NCBI GenBank assembly: GCA_964016885.1
Contig: OZ024741.1
Location: 141,608,001 to 141,672,000 of the forward strand
Origin: Eledone cirrhosa
Lineage: Eukaryota
Direction: 5' to 3'
Length of the DNA stretch: 64,000 nt
In this document: in pieces, positions 1 to 17,626 of the stretch
Position numbering within the stretch: position 1 is the first letter of the stretch
How the letters are laid out: every line of letters starts with the position of its first letter
The notes under the pieces: model-generated
Told to the model about the DNA's origin: nothing
Databases searched by the model: none
The model's input: the letters and a program-made list of their open reading frames with translations, nothing else
Made by a program: the position numbers and the translations under genes

Positions 1-7
1 TAGTGTA

Positions 8-118
8 TAATAATTGTTTCTACTTTAGGCACAAGGCCAGCAATTACCCAGTGCATTACTGGTACTTTATTTTATCGACCCCGTTAGGATGAAAGGCAAA
101 GTTAACCTCGGCGGGATT
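8..118 (-). mobile_element. tRNA-derived SINE fragment (Meta-like central domain)
   Basis: Reverse complement contains CCCGCCGAGGTTAACTTTGCCTTTCATCC...GGGGTCGATAAAATAAAGTACC; near-identical copies at 8172-8340 and 52391-52575. Confidence 0.75.
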
Positions 119-444
119 AATAATGTAGTCATAGAAGCAAGTATGAGAAAATACAAAAAACGCCCTGCTATAATTGAATGAATATAACAAGTGAACTTTG
201 GTTGACACTTGTCACTACGTTAATAACTATTATCTCCCTCACTCTCTCTCATGATCTCTCTCTATCTGTCTATCTATATCTTTTTCTGCTCTCCCTCTTA
301 TTCTTTCTCTCTCTCTCTCTCTATCTATCTCTTTCCCACTCTCTCTACCTCTCTTATTTTCTTTCCTCTCTCTTTTACTCTTTTACTCTCTCCCATCTTT
401 CTTACTCACTCTTATACACCCACTCACTCTCTCTATCTCTCTCT

Positions 445-499
<55 letters not shown>

Positions 500-1689
500 T
501 CGTGAGTATCCAAAATTTTAGGTGATTTCACTCCTGAAAGTAAAGACGATCAACTTATGGAAGTCTCCCACGAACTCTCTTACGACATTATGCTGGCATG
601 TTTGGCAATTGCTATGCGAATGACTGTTTCATGAAGAGGACATGACATTTATTCGAATAGCAATAGTGGAGCATGCGCATTACATCAAACAACACAAGAT
701 ATTGAAAACACTGCTTCAATTGAACTCGGCGTCAGACAAAGCAAGCTATTGGAATCACTCCTTCATTTGTATTCAGCATCAACTAATTCTTTACAGAAAC
801 ATCAGAGAACGTCCTCATTCTAATTCCATCCATGGGCTCTTAACTCTTATGGAATCTTAGGAACATTCTCGTGACATTTAAACATGGTAGAGCCAATCCT
901 TTTCCATGTCGGAACAGTTTATTTCTACCAGAGTGGTGAATACAGAGAGAGGTGAGAAAGTGACAGAAGAAGAATTGATTACAATATTGAACAGGTATTT
1001 TATTTATCGCCCTCAATTTGGAATGCAGAGAGCCAGAATGAATACCGGGTCATTTCGTCCGACGCTCTAACGACTCTACCAACTCACCTCCTATCATCAT
1101 CATCGTTCTAATTGCTATATTATAAAGCTCGGGGAAAACATATTTTAATAATAGTCCAGTCTCTTTTCTAGCTCTCGCATATAACAGTAATGTTGGAATT
1201 TATGGCCAGTAACAGAAAATAATGAAGTTATTTTCAAATTTTCTGGAGCATCACTGACTTATAAAGATTCTTTGTCTGATTTATATTGATTAGTTGTCTG
1301 TGTTAAGCTGTGCATCAGAAGGCCTGATTTATGTGCATCGTATGCAGCGTTAGATAACATTCTGCTTCCTCCTTTCGTACGTTTTCATTGATAACAGAAT
1401 ATGTAATGCTTACGACAGGCTGAACAATTTAGAGAAAAATAAGGTTGTGAAAATATCTTATTTCTTTTATTGTTGTTGTCGCCCTTTAATATGTTTCTGC
1501 TCAACAATTTCCACTCACTAGGCTTGTATTTGTATAAATCAAAAAAAAAATGAAACACAAAAAATAAACTTCCTAAGATCTTAATGGAGCCGAACTGCGT
1601 ATGACGATAAATAGGAATTGACATTTTTTTTTCTCAAGCTGTTTATTCTGAAGCTAGTTTTACATGCGCGCATACATACACACCTACGC

Positions 1690-1705
1690 CATATATATAT
1701 ATATG

Positions 1706-1767
<62 letters not shown>

Positions 1768-1867
1768 GTATATAAATATATGTATATATATATGTATATA
1801 AATATATATATATATATATATATAATGTATATAAATATATGTATATATATATATGTATATAAATATG

Positions 1868-1898
<31 letters not shown>

Positions 1899-1997
1899 AT
1901 AAATAAATGTATATAAATATATGTATGTATAAAAATAAATGTATATAAATATATGTATATATTTACACGCACATATATATATATATGTGTGTAAATA

Positions 1998-2054
<57 letters not shown>

Positions 2055-2126
2055 AAATATATATATATATGTGATGAAATATTTTAAATGAAGCATCTAT
2101 GCAGAAACATGATAAAAAAAAGAAAG

Positions 2127-2173
<47 letters not shown>

Positions 2174-2258
2174 CGAAGGAGGTGTGGTAAGGAACCAGAT
2201 GGACCATAATGCACCATAGTACTCAATACTTAGGGCAGTAGAGTGGGTAATACATTTT

Positions 2259-2310
<52 letters not shown>

Positions 2311-2312
2311 TA

Positions 2313-2350
<38 letters not shown>
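1690..2350. repeat. (TA)n/(TG)n microsatellite cluster with an embedded pLTR-tail fragment at 2172-2260
   Basis: Directly visible; 2172-2260 is homologous to 16308-16390 and 24650-24725. Confidence 0.9.
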
Positions 2351-2357
<7 letters not shown>

Positions 2358-4075
2358 GGTAAACAGAAATAACAACACAATCGGTACAGTATAATGAAGG
2401 GATATGTGGCATTTCTGAAGAAACCTGATTTTATGAGTTCAATATGTATTAGAAATTTTCTAAGATAATTTCCTCGCGACGCGTTGTGCCTTTGAGCAAG
2501 ACACTATATTTAATGTTGTTTCAGTCCGCTTAGCTGGCACACCAAACATTTTATCATTCTGTCTAAACTAGGAATCGAACTTATTGCCTTACGATTGTGA
2601 GGAGCTCAACACCATAACAAATACGCTACGTGCCTTATCATTCTACATAAAAGAATCAATATAAAAGAACTTAAACCTCAACTCTCTTTAGAGCTTCCAT
2701 TACGATAAATTTGAATGAATACAAATCACTGTTGGTGATGTTTCCGTTAAGAAATACAATAAATATTTGATTGAAATCGTGAAAGTGACTTAAAAATCCA
2801 TTTAGCTTCCCCCTAGAGTAATCTTAGTCTTTTCTTCTTCAAACATTGTTATTTGCAAAATTGTATAACACGTCTAATTGATAAAGATATTACTTAGTTA
2901 TATAAAGATTTCATAACATTATTGGAATTTAAAAGATAACAAAACATCGTTTTATTTCCAATTGAATCTACCAAAGCAATTGATGGGCATCATTAAGACG
3001 TAATTTACATTATGATGACAAGCCATAGTCATCCTCATTATATACACCTAATTATCATCTTCAACTCCAGAAGTATAATAAAGTTTGAGAGAAGGAAAGA
3101 GGATAAATGAGTAAATGGGTGAGAAACTATGCGTAAGAGACAGACAGAAAGTGACTGAATAAGTACGTAGGTGAATGTAGAGATTGAGAGAGTAAGTAGC
3201 TGAGAAGCGGACGGACAATCAGAGGGAGAGAGAGAGAGATAATGTGAAAGAATGTGCAAGAGCGAGTGAGAGTTGAGATTGATAGAATGAGAAACCGCTA
3301 GTGAAAGAGATACTGTAGATTAGACTAAATGCAAAAAGATGATTCCGATCTAAAATTTACTGAGGCACTAAAATCAAAATTATTTAAATAAATGTTTTTA
3401 TATATATATATATATATATATTACAATCAATATATTGTATAAAACTTGGTTGTTGCTTTTTCATCAAATTATTAGTATCTAAATTGATTTATTCCATGTG
3501 TTTAGTGATAAAATCACCTGATACTCGTGGTACTAAATCTACATTTCGTAAAAAAGCATACAGAAATAACAGATAAAATTAAAAGAGTTCAACAGAAATG
3601 CCAGACTTATATTTAAAACTTTGACAAAATGCGAGCAATAAGATAGTAAATATGAAATATGTTAGAAACTGAATACAATGTTAGAAACTGAATACAATGC
3701 TAGATATATAGTAGTGGGTGTAAATATGTTTTACATTACGACTAGAAAATAAACTTGTTATGTTAATTGAAAAGCTTACATAGACAAACAAGGAAACTAC
3801 TCGCAGCGTTCTAAAACCACTGCACCAAAACAGGTATACATAGTGTATACATACCCCACTCACGAATGTCGGGATTTGATACAAATAGAAAATTACAAAT
3901 TACCAACAGACGGACAAGAAGAATACTTAGAAGCAAGCAAAGGAAAAGGAAAGCTGATAAGTGCAAAAAGGAAACATGAAAAAAAAAACTTCTCTTTATA
4001 TAGAATAATCGATAATGTAGAAACAGGAATCTTCATTGAAACAACTGATTTAAATCTGAACAAAACAAAACATAA

Positions 4076-4241
4076 TAGGCGGAGATATGGCTGCGTGGTT
4101 AAGAAGTTCGCTGTGAACCTACCTAGTCTCGGATTCACTCACAATGTGCGGCAACTTGGGAACTTGGGCAATGTTCTCTACTATAGCTTTGAGTTGACCA
4201 ATACCTTGTGAGGAAAATTTGGTGGATGAAATCTGCAGAAT
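4076..4241 (+). mobile_element. tRNA-derived SINE (second family)
   Basis: A-box-like TGGCTGCGTGG head, body CTTGGGCAATGTTCTCTACTATAGC...CCTTGTGAG; related copies at 6727-6890 (-), 27172-27310 (+), 42283-42580 (+). Confidence 0.65.
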
Positions 4242-4243
4242 AC

Positions 4244-4275
<32 letters not shown>

Positions 4276-4308
4276 AATAACAGGCTGTTAATTCCTTAAA
4301 GGTTTATT

Positions 4309-4366
4309 ATACTATGATCATTTCAATGACCGGGTTCAGTATGATTCCGGTTACATCATAAGGTAT
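4309..4366 (-). ncRNA. Decayed type I hammerhead ribozyme
   Basis: atac-CTTATGA-tgtaaccgg..ccggtcatt-GAAA-tgatca-TA-gtat; core G5 mutated. Confidence 0.5.
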
Positions 4367-4474
4367 TCGAAATATAACAAAGGAATATAATAGACACAAT
4401 CCATGGGGCTGAAAATCAGAGACATGAGGGCGACCGAACATTTAGCAGCTTCTACTCCGGTCCGCCGCCCTCAA

Positions 4475-4528
<54 letters not shown>

Positions 4529-4532
<4 letters not shown>

Positions 4533-4749
4533 GTAGTTCCACAACAGTTAGTTCACCATACCGAGAACAAATGTTTCACCTTATTTGGATCCTCAGCTCG
4601 ATCTGAATGAAGTTGTACTGAGCTGAGGATCTGAATAAATTGAAACATTTGTTCTCGGTATGGTGAACTAACTGTTGTGGAACTACTTCTACCTAACTCG
4701 TCCCAGAGTGTTCTACTACTACGGATATAACCCGCCAGTGTTCTCTACA
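4529..4749. mobile_element. Fold-back Penelope-like mini-insertion (inverted pLTR arms ~4529-4600 and ~4619-4690 plus tail)
   Basis: Near-perfect inverted arms flanked by (TA)n; same family as 27360-27880. Confidence 0.8.
4562..4600 (-). ncRNA. Minimal type I hammerhead ribozyme (mirror copy at 4620-4656 +)
   Basis: cgag-CTGAGGA-tccaaataaggt-GAAA-catttg-TT-ctcg. Confidence 0.7.
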
Positions 4750-5260
4750 TATATATATATATTGGGTCCCAAATGCAGTAACTATAACAACAGTCAATCG
4801 GTATATATAATAGCTTACTAAATCTAGTAAATTACCCCTAGAGACGGAAAATAGTGGACAGCAGCTGATATTTTACCCGATTTTCTAAGCTGTTATTTAT
4901 GGTGATCGGATATTGTTACAGTTACTGCATTTGGGATTTGGACATATTAAAAAATTACAAATAACCCAGGGATTCGATAATTGAGAAGACTTGTTCAGAG
5001 ATTACTCTAGACTGTAAGCTCTTCAATACGGCTCTCTAAATTTGATGAACTTTTTGTCAGTTACCACTTAGCCTTGGCACTCGGCCGAAATTTGAGAAAT
5101 ACGAAGTTTGTTTCTTCATAAGGTCGCCTTTTCTGAGGGAAATGTATGGTGCCCTATTTACAGTTAATAACAAAACTTTTAACACAGAACTATATACAAA
5201 CGTGTGGAAATCAACAAAACTTACGGAGCAAAAATGTGCGTGACAACTACTTAAGGAACC

Positions 5261-5306
<46 letters not shown>

Positions 5307-6692
5307 TCATTCCAACTCTGATGCATATGATGATGAAGATGAAGATGATGCTGATGATATTATAGCATATGATCTGTTAAAATATGGCATTCTATCAGAT
5401 AAACAGTGAGAAGAGGTTACATGACATGTTAGCTTGTCGGAGTCAATTAATGAATACATTACAACTGGGCAGAAAGTTTTGTAATAAATTGTGACTTTGT
5501 AGAGTAAGGTTAGCGTCATCATCACCAAAGAAGAACGCCTGTCAAATGAGGGATACTACTATAAAGGAATTGTATAGTAATGTAAAGATAGTTTATGTTT
5601 AGCATTCATATAAGAAGTAAAACACAAAAAGTTACGGTTAAGCCTGTCAAGAACATTTGTTTCTCAAGCCATATGGCTGGCCAATGACGAAAGTGGAAAG
5701 TGGTGGAAAAGAATCGGTGAAAGAAGGGAGTTAAAATCGTTATTAATACATAAAAACAGATAGAAAAGTGAGAATTTCTCTAGACGTCTCTCTAACAATC
5801 GCTTTCAAAACAAGTGTTGTATCTGTCAGACTATATTGTTCTACTGAATATTATTGGTATTAAGCAATGCTTCAGTATCTAATGGAAAATCTATCAAACT
5901 GACAACAGATTCTCTCAATTTTCTCATTGTAACTTTTTCCAATGTCATAACCATTTAAGTTACTAACTTTACTGTGGATTTTCCTCTCAATATTACATTT
6001 AACAACAGTTTGTTTACATGATATACTGGTCAATGCAATAGCAATCATTTGTTGCTTCTTTTGTGTATTCGTTGGCAATATACGGAGAGTCATTAGAATG
6101 TCGTATTAAATACCACGTATTTGTTCCGGGTCTATGTGCTGTGAGTTCAAATCCGCTCCAGGACAACTTTGCCTTTCATTCTTTTGGGATAGATAGAGAA
6201 CCAATCTAACAGTGGCGATGGGTTGTTGGAATTGTTACACACAAACAGGATATTTTGCACCATCTGATCTGACACTGTCCGCTCTGAAATCAAATCCTCT
6301 TTCCTACTCCCAAAATACGTAACTGGAAGATAATATTTATAAAAAGACCCGGCTACTTTACTTTCCTTCTGTGCAATATGTAAAACCTGAAATCAAAACC
6401 TTATCACTTACTATGGACTGTTGAACATATCAAATGATGATTAATACTGTCCCCCCTCACCTTTAAAATGTATAAACAAAATAACCACCTAGCATGCACT
6501 GGGTTGATACATTTCAGGAACGTTATATAACAATGAGCCTTCAAAAGTGTATGCTGCTTCTTTGTACATTTCTTCGTCTCCAGAAATAATTGACTCAATC
6601 TTTAAACCCAATGCGGGTTTAAAGAAAGAAAACATATTTTCTTATTTCCAAATTATATATACATTATATACATACATGGCCCCCCCGCGCCA

Positions 6693-6726
<34 letters not shown>

Positions 6727-6727
<1 letters not shown>

Positions 6728-6890
6728 GATGGATTTCTGCAGTTTCAGTCTACTAAATTCCACTTACAATGACATTAATCAACCCCCAAGGCTATAGTAG
6801 AAAACACTTTCCCGAAGTGCCGCGCAGTGGGGCTGAATCGGGAGCCACCTGATTACGAAGCAAGCTCCTTGACCACGCAGCCATGCCTGT
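6727..6890 (-). mobile_element. tRNA-derived SINE
   Basis: Homologous to 4076-4241; head CAGGCATGGCTGCGTGG on minus strand. Confidence 0.6.
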
Positions 6891-8171
6891 GTTTATGTAA
6901 CTTAATAAAACGTAATTAATTGGTGTTGATTCGACATTCAATATCCTAACAAAAATGAGATATCGTGTTTAATTAACTAACCAAAATTAATGAAGGGATA
7001 CATGAACAAGAATTTATTCTGTCAACATCATGCTTCCAGTACTCATTAAGAATTTAATGCTTGATAAAATCGGCCTGGGATCTGAAATTATCCATAAGTC
7101 ATATTTTAATAGTTTCAAAGACAATATCTCAGCTTTAACTAAAACTTCAAGTTTTATGTAACTATTTTAAAGTGAGACAAATCTTTCGCTCGCTCAAACA
7201 AAAAGAATATGTATTTACCTCGAAAACAAAATATTGGTAATAATGGATTTACTTTCCTTTTTAATGACTTTACATAAACATAACATAGTTTCATCAATAT
7301 GCATTTTAAGAAGGGATATAAAATGTGATTTTAGAAACTTTTGAAACAATTTTGCTGACGAAGCAATGATAAGGTATAAAACAGATACTTTCTAATGATA
7401 AAGGACATGAAATAGCGGGAATTAATAACGCATCCATAAAATTTTACTGATTCTAGTTGTTACAATATTTCGCATGACCGAGTTGAATCTTAATTAGATT
7501 TCTATTTTAAATTTTGATGTATATCTTAGTGGAAGTTGTGAGCAATGAATAATAAGATAAACAGATTTCATTTTTATTACTAGTCATTTTAAATCACAAA
7601 TCCATACAAATTTTGCATAACAGAAGAGTACATTACCGCTTGTAAATATTAGGTTGATACATGTTTATGATATATATATAACCTATGAGGGAAATATATT
7701 ACATTTTTCTTACCCTCTTTTCATAAAGTGTTTTTTGAATAAGGTACTACAGCGACTTTACTGTTGTAATTAAATCATGTTTAATCGTCAGTGTCGTTCA
7801 AGCTTTTCAATCTTTGTACTTGCTGCCGCTCTCTGAGATTTGAGTTCAAATCTCGCCGGTGTCATCTTTGTCTTTCATCGTTTCATATTCGATAAATTAA
7901 GTGTTAGTTCAGGAGTGTTGGAATGGCGAAATTATTGAATGAGTCATAAACGATTTGTCATATTTGATTTGGCTCAATGTGTTTTAAGTTCAGGTCCTGC
8001 CTTCTTCTGCATAGAGTTGTGATTGGCAGATAGTATCAGCAGTAAAAACACAAATTGAAACATTATTTTGTTGATCCAATTCAAAAATTGGTTCTTTTCT
8101 TATTTTTAAACGACTGTCATCAAAGTCTAGTCATCAACTGTCATTAACGTCTAGTTATTCACATGCCATAA

Positions 8172-8340
8172 AATAATTGTTTCCACTTTTGGCACAAGGC
8201 AGTACATTACTGATACGCAGTACATTACTGATACTTTATTTTATCGACCCCGTAAAGATGAAAGGCAAAGTTAAACTCGGCGGGATTTGAACTCGGACCG
8301 TAAAGGGGCGTAACTATGCTGGAAAGCATGGCGTCCGATA
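8172..8340 (-). mobile_element. tRNA-derived SINE (Meta-like domain)
   Basis: B-box GAGTTCAAATCCC followed by GCCTTTCATC..GGGGTCGATAAAA on minus strand. Confidence 0.75.
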
Positions 8341-9104
8341 TATTTAATATATGTTTGATAATATTTTCTGTTTTTATATAGGAAAGAACTATTTGACTGT
8401 TGCTGTAGAGCAATTTTATGTGGTTGAATCCTTAATATTTAATATCCAGTAAAGGTTTAGCAGAAAATTCTAAAAACGTTTTGTTAATTCTTTTTTAAAT
8501 TTAAACGTCTATCGTATTTTCACTATTGGGCAGGTCGTTGTAAACAGCTGTAGTATTAGAGTATATACTTCTATATCTAACGCATTGTAGCTATAGCAGT
8601 ATTTTGTACTTTGTAAAGGTGTTTTGTTAATGTCGTTTCATGTGGTACAGGACATTAAAATTTAATTGAGAGATTATGTGTACATTTTCTTTCTTTCCCT
8701 GTTATGCACTCACAAAGTGAGAAAATATCATTGCTTTTTCAAGTGCTGCTTTAACAGAACTATCAAAGCAGAAACCAGACGAAGAGAAATATTTCCGATG
8801 CAAATGCCACCTAAACGCTTATGCAAACCATTTAATATTGATATTTGCATACAAATCTCTTAATTTGTACATTGATATATTTTAGACTATTACGATTTAC
8901 TTTAAACTCCTTGCAACATCTGAAAGTAAAAATGAATATGTCAAGGTAAATACAAAACATATTCTAATCGTTAAAAAAGCTGTTGGATTACGAAAATGTT
9001 CCCCGAAAAGATATAGACAGTATATATTGTTCTTCAACAAATGTCATTTAACTAGGCATTGCAAGCAATGTAAGATAGTAATGCTGTGAGATTTTAGAAT
9101 CGCT

Positions 9105-10444
<1,340 letters not shown>

Positions 10445-10445
<1 letters not shown>

Positions 10446-11786
10446 AACTTTGAATAACTTTGAAATGTTTTGGCCAGTATTGGCCCAGGCCATGTCTAAC
10501 TTAATAGCACCACCTGGCGAAGTCTTTCAATTCAGGATTTGGGCACCATGCCCCATTCGAGAAGAGAATTACTGTTTGCGGAGACATATCCGGGTGTGGG
10601 TGGTTTGTCCGGGATTACTTGGAGGAATTTGTCCAAAGACTTCTTGAATTTTGTGTGGTCAGTTTCTGTTTTGACGTGTCCTGGTGTGATGTTGAAGAGA
10701 GCAGGGCCGATTGAGGTGAAATAATTGTGCCGTATTGTTGTTATGAGTTGCGATTTAGATTTTTGAATGGGACGGATAGCACGGGGCCCAAGCCTTGGGT
10801 GTATCTTGAAGGCGATGCCAACATCATTTGGGCAGTGATGATGGAACATTTTCCACATCATGCAGATAATATAACGCTCACGGCGACGTTGGAGTGAGTA
10901 AAGTTTCAGGTTTTCCAATCGACCCCAGTAGTCAAGGTCTGACATGCCATCTATCTTTTTCGTGATTGCCCTTTGAGGAGCTTCAAGTTTCATGATACTT
11001 TGTTTCGTGTGGGGAGACCACAGTGGACAACAGTATTCAAGGTGTGGTCGGGCGAAAGTAGAGAAGAGAAGGATAATGGTGCGGGAATCTCTCGACTGGA
11101 AGGTTCTGAGGATCCAGGAACACATTCTGCGGGCCATGTCAACTTTGCTGCTTATATGCGTGGTCCAGCTTATGTTGCTGTCCACGGTTACTCCCAAGTC
11201 TCTGATGTTGTTAGATGCCACGAGAGTTTCCCCGGAGGGAAGGGAGTACGGGAGTTTCAGAGCATCCTCTTTTCCAAAGTGGATCAGTTCGAATTTGTCT
11301 TCGTTCAGTAACATGTTGTTCTTTTCTGCCCATTGGGTAACAGCCAGTAGGTGTGACTGAAGGCTTATCCGGTCATCCACGCCATTGATGACCTTTTGGA
11401 GCTTGGAATCATCAGCGAAAATTTTAATGTTGCTGTGTTTGATGATGTCAGTGATGTCATTAATATAGATGATGAAGAGAAGTGGTCCCAACACAGTGCC
11501 TTGTGGGACTCCACTACTGACTTTGGCTGGGCTTGATTTGACTCCCTCAACTACAACATGTTGGGTTCTGTTTGACAGGAAGCTCTTGATCCACTGCAGC
11601 AGCTTTCCAGTGACACGAATATTGGACAGCTTTCTCAGTAGAATGTTATGATCAACCCTGTCAAAGGCCTTGCTGAAATCAAGGTAGATAACATCAGTGT
11701 TGGAACCCTCTCCCAAGGCTCTCAAAATGTCATCAAAGTGATGCAGTAGTTCCGTCAGGCAATCCCTTCCATTACGGAATCCATGC
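10445..11786 (-). mobile_element. 5'-truncated LINE (CR1/L2-group) with 3' UTR and (TTCAAAGTTA)2 tail
   Basis: RT motifs; short 3' UTR ending in a tandem tail; embedded in (TA)n on both sides. Confidence 0.85.
10532..11786 (-). CDS. LINE reverse transcriptase, C-terminal part (no true start)
   Basis: Frame open from [13 protein letters not shown] through [42 protein letters not shown]; listed ORF 10532-11725. Confidence 0.9.
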
Positions 11787-13214
<1,428 letters not shown>

Positions 13215-13378
13215 ATGTTGAAAAGGTAACACACCAGAGAGAGATATACAGTGCGCTATCAATAAAACAGGGAAAAAACCACCTGTGTATGGAATCTATA
13301 AGCTATGAAAGGCAGACTATAGACACGATAATTAAAAATATAAATTAAAGCGTAAATAAATACCTCTATAACTATATA

Positions 13379-13472
13379 ACACACGTACAAATCCAAAGAT
13401 ACTAATCCAAATATATGTTTCACCAGTAATTTGTTGAAAGAAATGGGTTAGCCTCGATTCATCAGCATGTGT
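13379..13472 (-). ncRNA. Type I hammerhead ribozyme, copy 1 (stem III disturbed by a small duplication)
   Basis: acacatg-CTGATGA-atc...ggt-GAAA-ca...tg-TA-cgtgtgt. Confidence 0.6.
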
Positions 13473-13932
13473 AAGGCTATACATTTCAGACAACACTAAG
13501 AGAATTTTAAAAGTGACTGTCCAGCTACACGTGGGAGAGAGAAGTCACAGCGTGTTTAAGGGGAGATAACCAGTGGCCTGTGAGTGACGAACTGCTAGAA
13601 AAGGCAGCCCAAAGCCACCCAGAGAAGTGTGCTCAACCAAACAGAGAGGGGGAAGATTGTTATTAGGAGCGAAATATCACGATAAATTAACGGAGGCATA
13701 GGCCCTCGCTATTCCCTGTAAATAATGTGCTCAAAGGAGAAGAAATCCTGAGCTCTTTAAAATACAATATGTTGAAAAGGTAACACACCAGAGAGACATA
13801 TACAGTGCGCTATCAATAAAATAGGGAAAAAGACCACCAGTGTTTGGAATATATAACCTATGAAAGGCAGACTATAGACACGATAATTAAAAATATAAAT
13901 TAAAGCGTAAATAATACCTCTATAACTATATA

Positions 13933-14012
13933 ACACACGTACAAATCCAAAGATATGTTTCACAAGTAATTTGTTGAAAGAAATGGGTTAGCCTCGGTTC
14001 ATCAGCGTGTGT
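13933..14012 (-). ncRNA. Type I hammerhead ribozyme, copy 2
   Basis: acacacg-CTGATGA-acc...tgt-GAAA-catatc tttg gatttg-TA-cgtgtgt; 7-bp stem I. Confidence 0.8.
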
Positions 14013-14284
14013 AAGGCTATACATTTCAGACAACATTAAAAGAATTTTAAAGTGACTGTCCAGCTACACGTGGGAGAGAGAAGTCACAGCGTGTTTGAGG
14101 GCAGTGAACCAGTGGCCTCTGAGGGACTAACTGCTAGAAAGGGCAGCTTAAAGCCACTCAGAGAAGTGTGCTCAACCAAACAGAGATAGGAAAACCTGTT
14201 ATTAGAAGCGAAATATCACAATAAATTAACGGAGGCATAGGCCCTCGCTATTCCCTGTAAATAATGTGCTCAAAGGATATGTGA

Positions 14285-16308
<2,024 letters not shown>

Positions 16309-16400
16309 ACGAAGGAAATGTGGTAAGGAACCAGGTGGACCATAACGCACCAAAGTACTCAATACTTAGGGTAGTAGAGTGGGTAATAGGAACAAGTAAG

Positions 16401-16494
16401 ACCCCGACGGCTGAGCTCAAGCCGTTTCGACGGCTAATTCTGGACTGAATGAAAATTTATTCTGGTATTTAAATAGCCGAGCTTATCAAGGGGT
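16401..16494 (-). ncRNA. Type I hammerhead ribozyme with U3-A8 core
   Basis: acccc-TTGATAA-gctcggcta...tagccgtc-GAAA-cggct tgagctc agccg-TC-ggggt. Confidence 0.7.
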
Positions 16495-16776
16495 AATTTC
16501 ATATATGGTCAAAGAGATAATCACCAGGATTGGTCACATCACAAGTTAGTAGTAAATCTGTGATGGCAAATTGGTGGGGGAAGGGGTAGCTGAACCTGCC
16601 GGTAGGAGAAAAAGGGAGAGGGGGTGGAGTAGACCCATTCGTGCTTTGGTAGTGCCGGCTACAGCTGGGTGTGAGGTCAAAGAGGATACTGGGGAGGGGA
16701 GGGGGAGGAAGTCGAAACGGTAAGTAGAACAATGAAGTTTTATCCTTCTATATATATATATAATTATATATATATA

Positions 16777-16821
<45 letters not shown>

Positions 16822-16822
<1 letters not shown>

Positions 16823-17196
16823 CGACAATGAACTATATACAGCTGTCGATTTATTGACGGACTGCGTGGTTGCAGAGGACATCCACTGCTACGGCCTCCA
16901 TCCGACGGACATACACCAGCTTGTGTTCTTCACAGTGGACAACACGTACTTCACCTTCCACCACCACACATACAGACAGACAACAGGATTACCCATGGGA
17001 TCCAGCCTATCGGGCCTGCTGGCCAACAGCTACGTGAACCAGCTAGAATAACGAGCCCTCAACACCTGCCATTCCCATACCTTCTACACCCGATATGTAG
17101 ATGACATACTCGTCCTTACATCATCCCGTGAGGAGGCGGATAAAATATACACGACATTCTCCAGCATGGACGCCAGTATGAAGTTCAGCATGGAAC
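16822..17196 (+). pseudogene. Penelope-like reverse transcriptase fragment
   Basis: NTYFTFHHHTYRQTTGLPMGSSLSGLLAN, one stop codon, then FYTRYVDDILV in the same frame. Confidence 0.85.
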
Positions 17197-17293
17197 AAAG
17201 GTCAACTTTGCATTTTGCCCTTCCGGGGTTGACTTAACCAACTTTATCTTTCCCCACAAATCTGCTGGCCTTGTGACTAAATTAGAAATTATT
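17197..17293 (+). mobile_element. SINE fragment (Meta-like domain)
   Basis: GGTCAACTTTGCATTTTGCCCTTCCGGGGTTGA...GCTGGCCTTGTGACTAAATTAGAAA. Confidence 0.55.
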
Positions 17294-17579
17294 ATCAACC
17301 TTTTCTCTCTCCTATAAACATTTTCATTCCTGGCTCACTGCCATGGCATCTTGCTGGGATCAGGCAGAAGATGAGCTAAGGGGCCTCTTACTAGCAAGGT
17401 CAATGGAGGACATTAAATGATGATCGTACTGTTCAAAGTTTAAATTCTACTTGTGTCTACTTCAATATATGTTCTCTTATGGTTGATAAAATAGGTACCT
17501 GTAATATATATATATATATATATATGAAATATGAAATATATGAAATATAAGAATCAAAGAACTGTTCAAAACATTATTG

Positions 17580-17626
17580 TGCTTACAGCTGTTTCCTCCA
17601 AACCGAGGTTCGGTTTCTTCGGAGCA
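17580..17626 (-). ncRNA. Minimal hammerhead with C at position 4 (mirror copy 20549-20595 +)
   Basis: tgct-CCGAAGA-aaccgaacc tc ggtttggag-GAAA-cagctg-TA-agca. Confidence 0.6.

Noticed and set aside
640-860. Possible decayed GIY-YIG C-terminus (AIVEHAH, KLLESL in different frames)
   Set aside because: Too degenerate to support without a profile search
3660-3698. Short direct duplications (also ~8199-8234, 17690-17717, 52018-52077)
   Set aside because: Ordinary slippage duplications with no spacer-repeat array, so not CRISPR-like
16360-16410. Resemblance to a pistol ribozyme (TTAGGG loop, TAATAG)
   Set aside because: Pseudoknot partner is absent; better explained by the minus-strand tail hairpin and hammerhead
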